Assembly (NCBI GenBank): GCA_002633005.1
Contig: NMRA01000137.1
Location: 620,001 to 684,000, forward strand
DNA: 64,000 bases
Origin: Phoronis australis
Lineage: Eukaryota > Animalia > Phoronida
Reading direction: 5' to 3'
Made by a program: the position numbers and the translations under genes. Shown in pieces: positions 38,929-52,100 of this stretch (the stretch's first letter is position 1; each line of letters opens with the position of its first letter). The notes below the pieces were generated by a model. That model was not told where the DNA came from, made no database searches, and worked only from the letters and a program-made list of their open reading frames with translations.

Positions 38929-41900
38929 AGATTTTTACCGTAATGTTTTCAAGGCGTAAGCTTTGTTATTGAATTTAATAAAACCATGAAATTGCTGTTT
39001 GTTATTTGTGAATCTGTTTTTCTGTTATGCCGTGGTTGTTAATGTAATGAATAACACAGGACTTATGGGCACTAATTGACCAATGTAGGGAAATGAAATC
39101 AAAATCAGGGACATAACTCTATATGAGAATGAAGCAAAACTTGAATTACAGGTAGCCATCATTTCCTTTTGTGACTTTATTATTACATTTCTACGCAAAT
39201 CACTGAAAAATTAATGTAATTTAGAATTGTGATATTAATTTGTTGTATCAAAAGGTTTAAAAAGTAAAAATATTGCAGATTTTTTTTTTGAATGATATTT
39301 TCTTCCTCGATGATATATTTCAGTTGTTCCTGACATCATTAATTTACTGTTCAATGTTCAGAACCTCATTTTTTCAAAGTTTAGGGCACGCCTCCTAATT
39401 TGTTAGAAAAATGTTGTTCACAACTGTTCACTTTTATTTAACCCATTCAAGTTTTTATCAGATTCACGTTTCAACTGCATCAGTAACAGTTGCAATATCA
39501 CCCTGGAGGAGTGACTAGACTCTTTTCAAAATTGCTCATTGCGAAATCTGATGGTCATTGACTCCATTTAACACATCCTGGAATTCTGTTGTCCAGTTGT
39601 TCAGTCATCAGGCAGTGGTCACTAAACTACTGACCATTGTCCACCTGTTACCTCGCACTTTGGTGCATGTTGGCTATGTTGTTTTGATAACACTCCAGAG
39701 GGCACTAACGGGGGTGTACAGCTTTTGTCGGCAGTGTACGCGATAGTTAATGAACCGTGCATGTTTTTCCCATGGAGCATGTTGGGTTTGTGCTGTGATG
39801 TTTTCGCAGTGTGAAGAATGTAGTTATTATGCAAGTCTGTCTCTTATGGATTTTCTTGTTTGTGCTCAGCAACGTTTTTGTCACAATGACGGGGAAAACA
39901 CTCCGTCATCATTTGTGGCCAGTTGCCAATGAAATGTTTATTTTTATTTTTATTTTTCCCAAAACCTTACCTGATAGTGAGATTACCGTCATTTCCTCAA
40001 AGCCATGACTGTGGTCACTAGGCATACTCGTGCATTGCTGTGTTAAGTGTTCTTTGTTATTCCTTATAGTGTAAATTTGTAATTACTATATTCAAATGTG
40101 ACATTACACTAAATGTTTTTTCTGTATTTTGATTTAGGTGAAAAATGTTTGAAATGTAGGCGTTACAGACATGTCATAGTTACTTCGAAAGGACATTCAT
40201 TGTCGTGGTCAAACTAAGGTTTAGAATTTAGTGTGATAGCATTGAACAACTCAGAATTAATCTCCTGGAACTCTGTTCTTATCAGAGTTAAATCATTTAG
40301 TAGTGAAAGTATCAATTTGGCTCACTAGAGAACTTGAATTGCTTCTTTTGAAAGAAATGCTGAAAACACTCGGCGTCAAGGAAACACTTTCGTCTATCCC
40401 AATGACAATGGTTCTTGTTGCACAGCCTGGTGTACATGCACACACTATTCATGCTTGAGAGCATTCAAAAATTAGATGAGCAAGACACAGTGACATTTTT
40501 AAGCTAAGTCATCCTTTATTACAAAACAACGAAGTACAAGTACCTATAATATTTTAATATAGTATTGGTGTTACCATACTTACTGTACTACCGGTACTAT
40601 TACTCATTGGGTATTATAATTATTATTCTTACTCTTAGTCTTATTGTCATTACTATATTATTGATGCCACAGTTGAAGTCTCTTGAAAAAAATATTCTAA
40701 AGCAAAATGTGAGTGTGGTGTAAAGATGACCTGTGTACCTGTTTTGCTTCACTTGTTTACGGGTTTATGTCCTGTTGGTTTTGGCTTGACTCCTGCTCCA
40801 TTTGTTCAGATTTTCTGTGGGGTATTAGTCATTATGTGATTGTTGACCTGATGTCATGGGTTCCCTTGCCCAGAAGTATTTTTACTCATGTTTAGATTAT
40901 GACTGCCGGCTACTTACTAAGCCCTATTTGTTTTTGTTCGTAAAAATTGGAAGAGATTTCTGGCAAGCTTTTTGTTTTCGTTGGTAGAGTTTCCAGAAAA
41001 TTTCCAACTCGTACTCTTCTCAGTAAATACAGTGGTTTTGTTTTATAGATTACAATGAAATCTCCTCTCTTTAGGACACAACAGCTGTGATATAAGCCTT
41101 TGGAAAGTGACAAAAGACCAGTTTTGACACTAAACAGTCTGAAATTGGTGAGATTTAATCATACAACCACACAATAGTAGTGGCTTACAATTGCAATTCG
41201 CACTGTAATTGTACTACATTGTTTGTGCTAGTAACCATGGTTACGGCAATTATTAAAAAGGTACACAGTGAAGTAAAGAAAAAAAATGCTTACATCTGGT
41301 AAATTTATCTAAAACTGCGTCATTTTCTATCAGGGGTTTTGATTGATTTGGTTGCTGTACTTATGTTCAATGATACTATTGATATGTAATAGGGTAGTTA
41401 CAAAGCTGATGATAAATAGAATGATAACCAATGCAGGTGTTTATTCTTGGCACCACCATTTCTTCTTACCAAAGTTAGTTTCTTGTTTGTTTTACCATTT
41501 ATGCCTAAATTTGATGGTGGTTGCTACATTACCGGCCTCATTGTCACATTACTGTTGCTTGCCACCAACCTCTTCTTGTTTTGGCTCCTAGGGCGTCACG
41601 AGTTTGTTGCAATTTCTAGAACGAAAACACGATTTCTGTTTGCCCATGTCCAAAATATCAACTGGACAAAGGTGTTTATATTTGGGGTGACACACTTTTG
41701 GGGCCATGTGACATAACTGCCAGGTGCAGACTTAATGGTTCTTTGCACAACTGTTGGTCCATTGCTTCACATTAGGTAATATTATTTCCACTAGAGGTCT
41801 CCCACTTAGTAACTCCCACATGGAACAACAAAAATCGTCATTGAATTTGTGAATGGGATGGAGTGCCAGACACGAAAACAGTCGCTACTCAAGTTTTGAC

Positions 41901-44072
41901 ATTTTTTATGTTTGAAACCCGTGGAGGCAGGTTAGCCTTCCGCTGTTTTTGTTCATTAAATTTAAAGTAAAAGACACTATATGCTGAACACAAATTATTT
42001 GATAGTTTTCAGGTTTAAGGGACAAACATAAGAAATATTCAAGACACTGTTTCGTAAGCTAGTTTATTGTCAATTTAATGTCTTTGGAGAAAGGTGAATG
42101 TTTTATATAGAAGCTCACTAGTTTGTATAAGTTTGCATATTTTTGTAAAAGTTTGAACATTTTCGCAGTTGTCTCCAATTTGGGACGCAATACGGCCGAC
42201 GAGTGAAATTTAATTTTTTTTCCTAAAAGGTAAGTGGTATCACCAATATCATTTTTAAAGATCTGTACCATTTTTTAATGTTTATTACAAAAATACCAAC
42301 AGACAATGATTCTGTGAAATTGAGGGCATTTATAACAATGTCACAAGCCTTTGAAAAATGAAGTTTGGTAATTATTATTTTTGTTCGAAATTGAGTGGGA
42401 TCTTACCGTAGTAGAGTTCTTATTGCAGTTGTTTACTTGTTTTTGACCGTGATAACTGGTGTTGCCCACATGAGGACTATTGATGTATCGGCTATCAAAA
42501 TACACGTCATCCAGTGTCATTGGCATCAATCCTCAGCATTGGATGGAATGTCCAAAAGTTTGCATCTCCTTAAGTTTCACGCAGTTCTCTTCAATAAAAC
42601 CATAAGTTAAGTCACGTGTCACCAGTGAAGTCCTCGGGATATTTGAACAGTTAATCTGTGGAGCACGGGCAGGGCAAACATGTTGACCGAACCTCATGGA
42701 ACAATTGATCCCGGGTCACGTTTTGGTGTTACCATATAGATTTATGCTATAGCCTCGAACCAAAGTAAACAGTTTGTGGTCTCTTTGCTTTCATTTCAAA
42801 CAATTTTTGCCGATTGGTTTGAAAGCAGTTTGTAATTTCCACATTTTGCCTGGTTTGTTTTTTGAGGAAGTCCATTGAGGTAAATTTTTTGCGTATCTTT
42901 TGAGTTGTGATGGTGACTGAAGTTTAATAATTTGTGTTAAGTTATTAGATTTTATTTGTAACTTATCCAAGTGCATAAACTATTTGAAATCAAGAAATAT
43001 GGAGTAAATTTTAATGGCAAAAAGTTATGTTTTAATGATTATTAGTTTATTTTAAAATGTATCCTTTTCATATTTAATGCCAATACAACTTAAAGAGATA
43101 GTCTAAATTTATTACATCAAGACTTGTATAAGTTGAAATGAAGGGGATAGCGAAATTTCATTCGAGTGCAACGAAATCTGATTTATCTGAAGGTGGAGTG
43201 CAGGGACTGGAACAGTCTTTACGCTGTTCTTTGCCGGAGTTGACTGAAAACCTGCCTTATGCATGTCCGTCCCACTTAAGCGAGTTTCTCTGTATTAAGA
43301 ACAACGAAAGAAAAAAATGTGAGGCTGCTACATCAGTGTAATGTAAAGAACCTATTACATGCATAACTGCCTAATGCGTGAATCAGTTCTCCATTATACA
43401 GCACATCAAAAGACAAAATAAGTACGCTTCAACTGACACAAATCTACATCAAACCCATTATTTCACCTGCACTGGGATTTGCAGTCTTTAATTAACCAAG
43501 GTGATTCACGAGAAACAGTAGGAAAGGGATCTCGGTCGTATAATTGTGGCTATTATACCTATTTCAAGGCAAAACTATTGATCAGTTGTACTACACCTGA
43601 TCTGGGATTTCAGAGAGAAACTCCTGGAAATTCTCTCCTTCCTTTGATTTGGGGTGAGTCATCTTAACCTGCGCTTCATCAATAAGGGAATTTTTGCATG
43701 AATGTCCATGTGGGAATTTCGATATGACACTAAGTGTTCTAATGATGGAATGTGTTTCTTGAAAATTGTTGGGAACTAGAAATCCAGTAATGAAACTTTG
43801 AAATAACAAGTGTGACCTGACAAGATGTATTACCAACAATTATGATTTCATTCCACCTCAGCTATTGTAATGAGGCAATGTGGAGCCTGCTTCATTGAAA
43901 GTGACTCAAGGCTTAGTCTAAAATTTGGTCTTGCACGCCCACTTGGCTATCTGTGTTATTGTGTCCCAAATTTGTGAGATTTTTCCGCAGTACAAAGTTG
44001 ACAGATTTTCAAAGAAACATGTTTGAATGAAGGACTGTCACCAAATGTTCTTAATGATTAAAATAATAAGTA

Positions 44073-44379
44073 CAGGGTGTCCCAAACACTTAAGAACAAC
44101 AACCGCAGTTCAAGTTCAGTTCTCATGGATCAGTCTATGCACCTGGGTCTATTGTACCATTACACCTTGGTGCTAAGTAGGTGCGGAGCCTTCAGAAATA
44201 TCCAACAAGCTAGTTGGAGAAGGGAAATATATTGCAAAATGCTAAGAAACCTATTTTACTTTAGAGACTTGATTGCTTTTTGATCACTTTTTGATGAATT
44301 GAAATCAGCTATTTTATTCCTAAGTCAATTAACTTAAGTTATTGCCATTCGAAGTGTGAGTAAATTTTAGGACACCCTG
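44073..44379. mobile_element. Tc1/mariner-type MITE (307 bp, TA TSD)
   Basis: TA|CAGGGTGTCCCAAA ... TTTTAGGACACCCTG|TA. Confidence 0.85.
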
Positions 44380-44578
44380 TATACAGATAATGAGCAAAGT
44401 TTATTGATTTGTTCTCATGAAACAATTTCAAATAAAAGTTATTATTGTGGTACATTGAAGAAAACCTGAACTCCCTTGTCGTGAAGTTTCTTGTGATAAA
44501 AAACAGATGAAATTTTCCCAGTATTCAAGTTGTAAACCATATTTCTATGATTTCCCTTGTTTTTGGACAGCTAGATGT

Positions 44579-44754
44579 GCCTCCTGTTCAGTAATGCTAG
44601 GACCTCACTAAGAAGCAAGATTTCACAAGATTACGTGATATATTGCTGTGTATTTTAAATGAGATCACGTGGCTTTGGCTAGATTTTAGCTAGGTCCTAG
44701 CGTAGGTCTTAGCGTAGGTCCTAGCGTAGGTCCTTGCGTTACTGAACGCACGCC
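44579..44754. mobile_element. Small MITE with internal 12-bp tandem repeats
   Basis: gttcagtaatgctaggacct (44586) matches the reverse complement of aggtccttgcgttactgaac (ending 44747). Four copies of taggtcctagcg at 44691-44738. Confidence 0.7.
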
Positions 44755-44852
44755 TGGTCTTACCCTGAAGTAACGAGGGTCAGCTTCTGTGTAAAACTTT
44801 ACTTGAAGTCTGTCACTCAAACATAATTTATTATAACAATTCTTCGCTTATT

Positions 44853-45010
44853 TTGCACAAAAACAATTGTCTAATTTGTCATTTTCTATTTTTCAGAGAC
44901 TGATAGCTTTGTTACAAATTATATAAACTTTACCAAATGCCATTATTATGGCATCTACACTGAAATTTCAAGAAATTTGACAATGTAGAATTTCAATTGT
45001 TGTCTATATT
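44853..45010 (+). repeat. Family A dispersed repeat copy
   Basis: cacaaaaacaattgtctaatttgtcattttc ... aatttcaattgttgtctatatt. Confidence 0.55.
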
Positions 45011-46262
45011 TCTTCTCAGGAACTAAAGAATTATGGTGTGCTCAATTTGTGTTCAAAGCAGTGTAAACTGAAGCTAGGGAAAGGTTGGACCTTAGGCAGT
45101 TCTTTGATGTTCATTTCCTCATTGGAATAATCAAAATTTTGATTACGATTTATGGTAGATCTCACTGATCAATATCTCATACTTTCATCTAGTAAAGAAC
45201 TTTGGTTGATTTATAGGATTACATTTTTCCAAGCTAACTGCAAAATGGTACAGAAAAATATCAGTTTCTGTCATCATTTTTCAAGGGCTTGTAACATTTT
45301 TAGTGAATGCCTACAACTCTTCAAACTATTGCGTGACTGTAGACACTAATGTTTTGGGTGCTATTTTCGAATTACACATTTCTCATAATTGTTTTTTTTT
45401 TAATTTTGAATGACCAGTTCAAAAACTTATTCAGATACAATGGAATGATTATCAGTTTTTTCCTTACTTCAGAGATATTCACTTTTTTGTTTGCATTTCT
45501 TTTTGCTGTTTGCTATTTGCATTAAGTAGCTTTACCGATCTTCATTTGGTTCATTGCTCGTGATAAAAAATCGCAACTCACCGCTAAGTTTAAGACTCGC
45601 TTAAAGCTAGATTACATGAAATTCAAGTCGTCTCAAGGTCAGGATTTCGCTCATCAGAATGTATCGTATCATGTTGATCAAACGATCCGCTCATTCATCT
45701 GTTTGACAGCTTTGAACTTTTTAGCAGCTCAAAATGTATTTACTCTTGGGGTCCCTAGGGTAGGCTGTTACTGCTGTCTTATGGTATTAATATCTTGCTG
45801 TTCCCAATCCATACTGGCATGATTGAATTGATACTCTTGAATTACCTTTTCACATAATGTAGAAATTATATTGAAGTTTAAATTCAAATTAAAATTCTTT
45901 TCTGCTTATTCTATGGCCAGGTGTTTGTATTGAGCACTCAATTAGATAATTAAGTTTTGTAGCCGAGAGTGTTCTAAACCCGTTGGGGAGCTTTTTATTG
46001 GTGTGAAAGAACCTGTTCTTAAGTTATTCTAATTCCTGAACATTTTTTACCAACTGTCCATTCAGGGGTATTTCAGTTGTTCACTTGGTTTTCTGATGAA
46101 TCTTTCTCAAGCTGTGGGAATGTTATTGGAGCAAGACAGTCACTTTAAAGGTTAATGTTGGTGTCTATCCTCTCAGAACGTGACCCTGCACTCCTGAGCC
46201 AAAATTTCGGGCATTTTTATTATTAATATTTATCTGTAATTAAAAAAATATGGAAAAATTCT

Positions 46263-46477
46263 TCACTTATTTAGCACAAATATGGCTGACATGTCGAATT
46301 CTGTTTTGTTAAATTTTTCGCAAAACTAAAAGTTAAAAACATTTTAGTATATTACAAGCATGGATTATAGTGTAGGGATGTCATAAAACACTATTTGCCA
46401 AAACTCTCGTCATTTGCAAAAACGTAATCAGCCTTTGAAAAATGGAAATGACAATTTTGGCAATTAATTGTCGGAAA
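46263..46477 (-). repeat. Family A dispersed repeat copy
   Basis: tttagcacaaatatggctgacatg ... gaaatgacaattttggcaattaattgt. Confidence 0.65.
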
Positions 46478-49052
46478 TATTTGACCTTTTGTTATTTGCA
46501 TACTTCTGTTGACAAAGGATATTTTGATATTCAACCTTTAAAATCTCTATTGTTGTTTACCTATTGAACAATCTTTCGTATTTTTGGACTTGAAAGCCCA
46601 CAATTAGAATGAAATTTTAACCACCCTAGCTTGCATATTGGTATATTCCACATGCTTGAACCTATAATATTGGTCAGTACTTGTCATGCATACATGTAGT
46701 GTTCTGTTTCCTGTGCTGGGATAAAAGATCTACCATAAAAAAATCCAGTTTTGTCGATCTGAAAAATTTGTGACATTGAAATTTGATGTAGTATTGGTTC
46801 TTTTAATTTTGATGATTGAGACATGGCAAATTGTACTTTTCATCAAATTTCTCAACCATTGGATTCTGCATTTTGTATTGACAGTTTGAAATAAAATCGT
46901 AGTAGAACAGTCAATCTTGCCTATTTCTAAACTTAAATACAAGTTCTGAGCTTGAGCTAATTATTTAAATTTTTACTGTTCCAAACTGGAGATTTTTTAT
47001 GTAACCCTGTCAGTGGGAGGAGCAGATTCTAAGTCAGTGTGTCCCCCATTGCCTGCAGGGAACCACAACCTGGTATTATCTAATCTTACAATGTGTTTGA
47101 ACTTCCTACAGCTATGCAGTCTGCCTGATAACCTGTTCTTTGAAGGCATGTGTGATAGTTTTGTCCTTAGGCAGCTGTCATAAACCTGTATATGATATCA
47201 TGGCCCCTCTGGGCTGAGATGATGCTACAGAGGCAAATCCTGAAATTGTGTGATACACATGTTGGCATGATTTCCACCAATAGCTACTACCAGTTCTTCT
47301 TGAGCCCAGATATCACTTCTCATTTGTGTAACAGAAATAAACAAGTGGAGACCTATTTTGCGGAAAGTGGTCTTAAAATGTCAAAAGTTTTTCTTTGGGT
47401 GGAACCTGGGTTTATAGCCATTGTTTTGTTGTAGTAACCTTGAGCCAGAGGGACTACAATTTACCATACAATAACCATACAATTGTCTCATCTCCAAAGG
47501 TTTTTATGTCCTCAACTTCACATAAGGAGATCACATAGGGATGGAATTGGTGTCGAACACCTGGTGGAACTTAATATTTTGACCTCGGTTGTTCGCAGCT
47601 TCAGGGCTTACTAATATCGTCAATAATAATTTGATACCGAAAATTGATTGCAAAACGTTTACGCTTGCCCTACACCGCACAAAAGTACACGCAGGGAGAA
47701 CCTTGGGCATTATAAAAGGAATAAAAAAGCCATTCTTACGTGTTGGGTTCCAAGAATATGGGGCGGAACTAAGTAATTTCACTGCTCATATACTGTTCCA
47801 TTGTGTAAAAGTGCTGTTCATTCTTGTGTTCCTATGGTGAATAGTAATATTTATTGGTAAATATTTGAAATAAACAACATGCACTCCATGTTTTGCAATT
47901 TGTATTCCTGTGACCTTGGCCGATGACCAGGGCTCTAGTTGTTAGTGCTCACACTCCAATAGCCCACAGCCTTTATGGTTATCAAAGCAAATTCCAACCC
48001 ATTATAATCGTAATGGAGTGCCGTGATTGGTGGGTTTGATCCAGCATTGTTGTGCAGCTAAATGGGGGGATGTTTTTAAGATTGGGTTTGTTTGGCTTGG
48101 GCCAGTACACATGTTCTCTACTATCCAAGTAACACTGAGGTTGTGATCAAATTATTGATGTTGATGCGTAAATGGAAATTGCGTAAAAATATGAAGATGC
48201 TTCAAGGGAAGGATAAAAAGTTTGACATAAGGATTCTGGTAAGTTTGATTTTTTTGATTTGTGTTTTTTCTTCATCTTGTGTATCATCTTAGCAATGACA
48301 CCGGTTTGCGAGTTTAGTCAAACCCCTTAGGGCTGGGGAATCATTCCTCCCACTCCTACCTAATAGCCTCTACGTCATCCCCCACTTTGTAATTCTAGGA
48401 AACAGAGTGAGCGCTTCCTTTTCCTATTGTGTAATGGTGAAAAACAGGACACGGTGTTTGTTTACCCTTTCAGTAATGTTTGTAGCATTTTTTGACAAGT
48501 GCTACAGTGTATTTCGTAACTACACCTGGCTAAGATTTGCGGCTAGTTAGGCCACTGTGGGGTCATTCTGCTCGGAAAGACAATTGAATGGGAAATGGAT
48601 TTCCTATACTTTATCCACAAACTCGAGTATCAAATCGACTTTCCCAGCAGGCTGAGTCACTTTTAAGCGCCTTTTAGGAAAACAAAAAATGTATTGTGTA
48701 TCTGTATTGATTATCAGTGTGTAGTTTCTACGTTTGTTTTTCGTTAGACAAAAGAAGGCAAGTGGCTTATCTGATGGTGTTTTCCCACTGGTTTAGTCAG
48801 TGTCTCAGTGTGTCTTGCCCTGGTTGGATGTGTTGCCACAAATGTGCCATGTTACACTTGAATCGATTCAAGTGGAGATGAGCCTGTGAACTGGGATAGC
48901 TAATCAGTGTTTTTGTTGTGATTGTTGAATCAAGTTGTTGCAGTTGAAGGTAAGGTTGGTGGTAATAGCAATGAACTATGCAGAGTGGGAACAGCAAAAC
49001 TTACTTTGTTGTGCATGTTAATGTCAAGACTTTTGGTGGAGGCAACTTACAC

Positions 49053-49191
49053 GGGTAGCGCACCATAGGGGCTGGGGTCTATAGCCCCCACTTTTTTCAG
49101 TGTTACGCCGCACATGGTCTATAGGTAGTGCGCTACAGGGGGCTGAGGGGGCTTTAGCCCCTTCACTTTTTTCAGTGCTGCACCGCCTATG
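49053..49191. repeat. Degenerate tandem pair, probably a MITE remnant
   Basis: ggtagcgcaccataggggctgggg..tagccccc.cactttttt cagtg is repeated twice and ends in ccgcctatg. Confidence 0.5.
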
Positions 49192-52100
49192 AGTTACTTT
49201 ATTCAGGATGGACATGTTTGTTGATTGCCCTGTAGGCTGTGGTTGAATTTCCACTGTTGTGGGCTTAGTTCACTTGCCTAGTCAGTCTTGTTGGATTAGG
49301 CCAAAAATTGGTTGTGGTCTGTATCTGAGCCCATTTTGAGACCTGTGCTCACCATCAAAGAAGAAAAGAAAAACGCTGGCCTGCATGAATTTCAGTCAAG
49401 GTCTTATGTTGTGTAAACTCACATCAGCAAGGTTTGAAACACCATGGCTTGCCAAGACTATTGGCTTTATCCTTTAATTTCAACTCAGGACAAAGGGTTT
49501 ATTTAAGGTAATCAATGACTGACATTTTCAAGTATCCAGTGCACAGCTGATCAACCTATATGTTGTTGAATAGGCCAGTTTGTTCATTGAAGCATAACAC
49601 AATACATCAGGTGGGAGTGCAGACTCTATCTCCCATTGTACATATTATTACCTGGATGTTGTACTCTACAAAAGACCTTGCACTTGGTGGTAATCCTTCA
49701 TGTGATCTGTTCTAATTTCACTTGTCCCCTGTTTACAATGTATCAGGTCTTGGGAGAGGGTCTGTGTATGGAGACCCCTCAATTTGCCTATTCGCTTGTT
49801 TTCCACAGCTGGATCAGCCATGGCATTTTTATGTTGTTGTAAACTTCATCTGTACTGTACAAGACAGTAGCAGGTGGGATTCAGGTAGAGATGCACAGGT
49901 GCACCTTAGATGAGGGCAAAATTGGGAATTTTCTAGCAAAACAATATTTTGTTTGGGGGAGTCAACCATTTGCCCCCTCTGAGCTGTTTCTAGAGAAAGC
50001 TGGCATTTGTTGAGAAGGCATTGGGCACATTGGTCCAACCCAGAATTAGCCTTGGTGGCTAGACGCTTTGTTCCCTTAAATTAGATGTGGTTTTTGTCTT
50101 GCCCCTAGCCTAATGAAGTGGACACTTTTCTCTGTGTGGATGACAATAGAAGCCAGGTTAAGACTGTCTAATCTTGTGGTGGTAGTAGCCTTATTGTGAT
50201 GTTGTATGTCTGCTGGACACTCTATTGTCATTAGAACAACATCATTCTCTGACCCAGTCATCTGTTGATGTCCAGTTCAGTGATTGTGTTGTGCCCATAT
50301 GCATGCATGTCTATTTAGACATGTGTTCTAGCCAAACAGTGTAGTAATTAGGGATTATTCCTGGAGGGTCACTGAGTGTAATCGTCCAATTTACCCAGAA
50401 CAGGAAGCTGGCTGTCCAGGTTTGGTTAGACCTGAAGTACAGTCACTTCTCATGGCTGTGTGCAGTGCTGAGGCTCAATTAAGTACTGTCCACTCCCAGA
50501 CTGCGTTACAGGGATTTTACACCTGGTTTGTTGGTGAGGAAGTAGGTATTCGAATTCTGGATTTTTGAGGTTTGGTTTCCACTGAGTACCGCAAAAATGT
50601 TATTGGCAGTCTCAGTTCTTAGCTACAGATATGATGAGTCAAGGGCTGTTTTGTATTTGAGACTTGTATTTTCACCAAGACAATTACAAGTGTATATTCA
50701 TGTATGATTTGTAGTAGTATCTAACCGTATATTTACTCGGACTCATGACTGGAAATTTGCATGTGGCTTAGGCATATGTACACCTTGTGTATACTTATTA
50801 TTACACCCTCACTCGCCCCTCAGACAAATACGCACACACGTCATCATCTGCTGAAGACATTCTCATTCATAATTTCACCCATTCATTGAATGGTTTGCTG
50901 TTCCAACTATAGATTTTCGCAAGGTGCTGCAAAGTTTTTCTTTCATGTAACGATGTTATGAGTCCCCTCGCTGGCGGCACCAGGCAGTCTGTGTTTGTAT
51001 GGTGACCAATTGGATTTGCCTCTACCACAATGCTTTAGCTTTGTGTAACTAACTTTAAACCACTTAGCACTGTTGTTGATAATAATTTATTATGTCCCAT
51101 CAGTCTTTTAGCTGCCTTGTTTAGTCTGTGGACTTGCCCAAAGTATTCATTGTGGCATTGATGGATAATTTCCCTGTTACACATTGTCAACATTGTTACT
51201 GCAGAATTCCACCAGTCCTGCATGATCTTCCCTGATGCTGGTGGCCAAAGTTGGGAAAATTAGATATTTCATTAACTCTCATGCAAAATCTGTGATAGTG
51301 TAGTTTGTGAAGGGATAAAGTTGTAGCTGCACCTGTGTTATCTCATTTCAACTTCCATTCACTATTGCTGAAAAAAACCCGGGCTTGTACATGTGTTGTA
51401 TACCATAGATTTGTAGGTTAAAGTGGTATCCACTTTCATAGTTATTGTAGTAACATTGTTGACCTCCCGGGGTTCACCTCTTTGAATTTATGTACTTTTC
51501 CACTTCACAAGGTTTTGTGCTAAGAAGTTATTTACACTGTCGAGGTTGAAGAAATAAAAGGTAAAAAGATTTCTGCTACCACACATATTCCTACCAGGAA
51601 ATTTCTATATTAAAGTTGACTTTTGACCCGAAAAGGGTTCAACAACCGAATTCATTGTTAAATATCATTATTAAGTTTGTTCTTGACTAAATATTATTTG
51701 TCAACTTGTTAACTTCGTTTACCCAAATCAGTTAGTGGGACAAAAGACCAGCTCTTTGAACTTGGTTGCAACAGTGTTTTCCATGTTCAGGGAACCCTTG
51801 TTCACGAAGAAACTGTGTTTAGTTTAGTTTTAGTATCTACTGGATCACAATAGTGTACCTGTTTGCTATCTGGTGAGGTAGTGCTTTGAAGATCATAAGA
51901 CACCTGAGGAATTTGGCCAGGGTGTTGTGTTCACTCTTTGATATGTGATCTGGAGGTGTTGTGTACATTTAAACGAAATTAGTGTGCTGGATCTGTTGTA
52001 TGAACAGTTTACATACCTGTATAGGTAACAATGTACAACTGGCTTAGATCTGAGTAACAACACAAACACAGCAGATCTCGTTATTTGTGTTTAATTAAGC

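Noticed and set aside
44691-44738. Short regular repeats as a CRISPR-like array
   Set aside because: These are head-to-tail 12-mers with no spacers, inside a MITE, in eukaryotic DNA with no cas genes.
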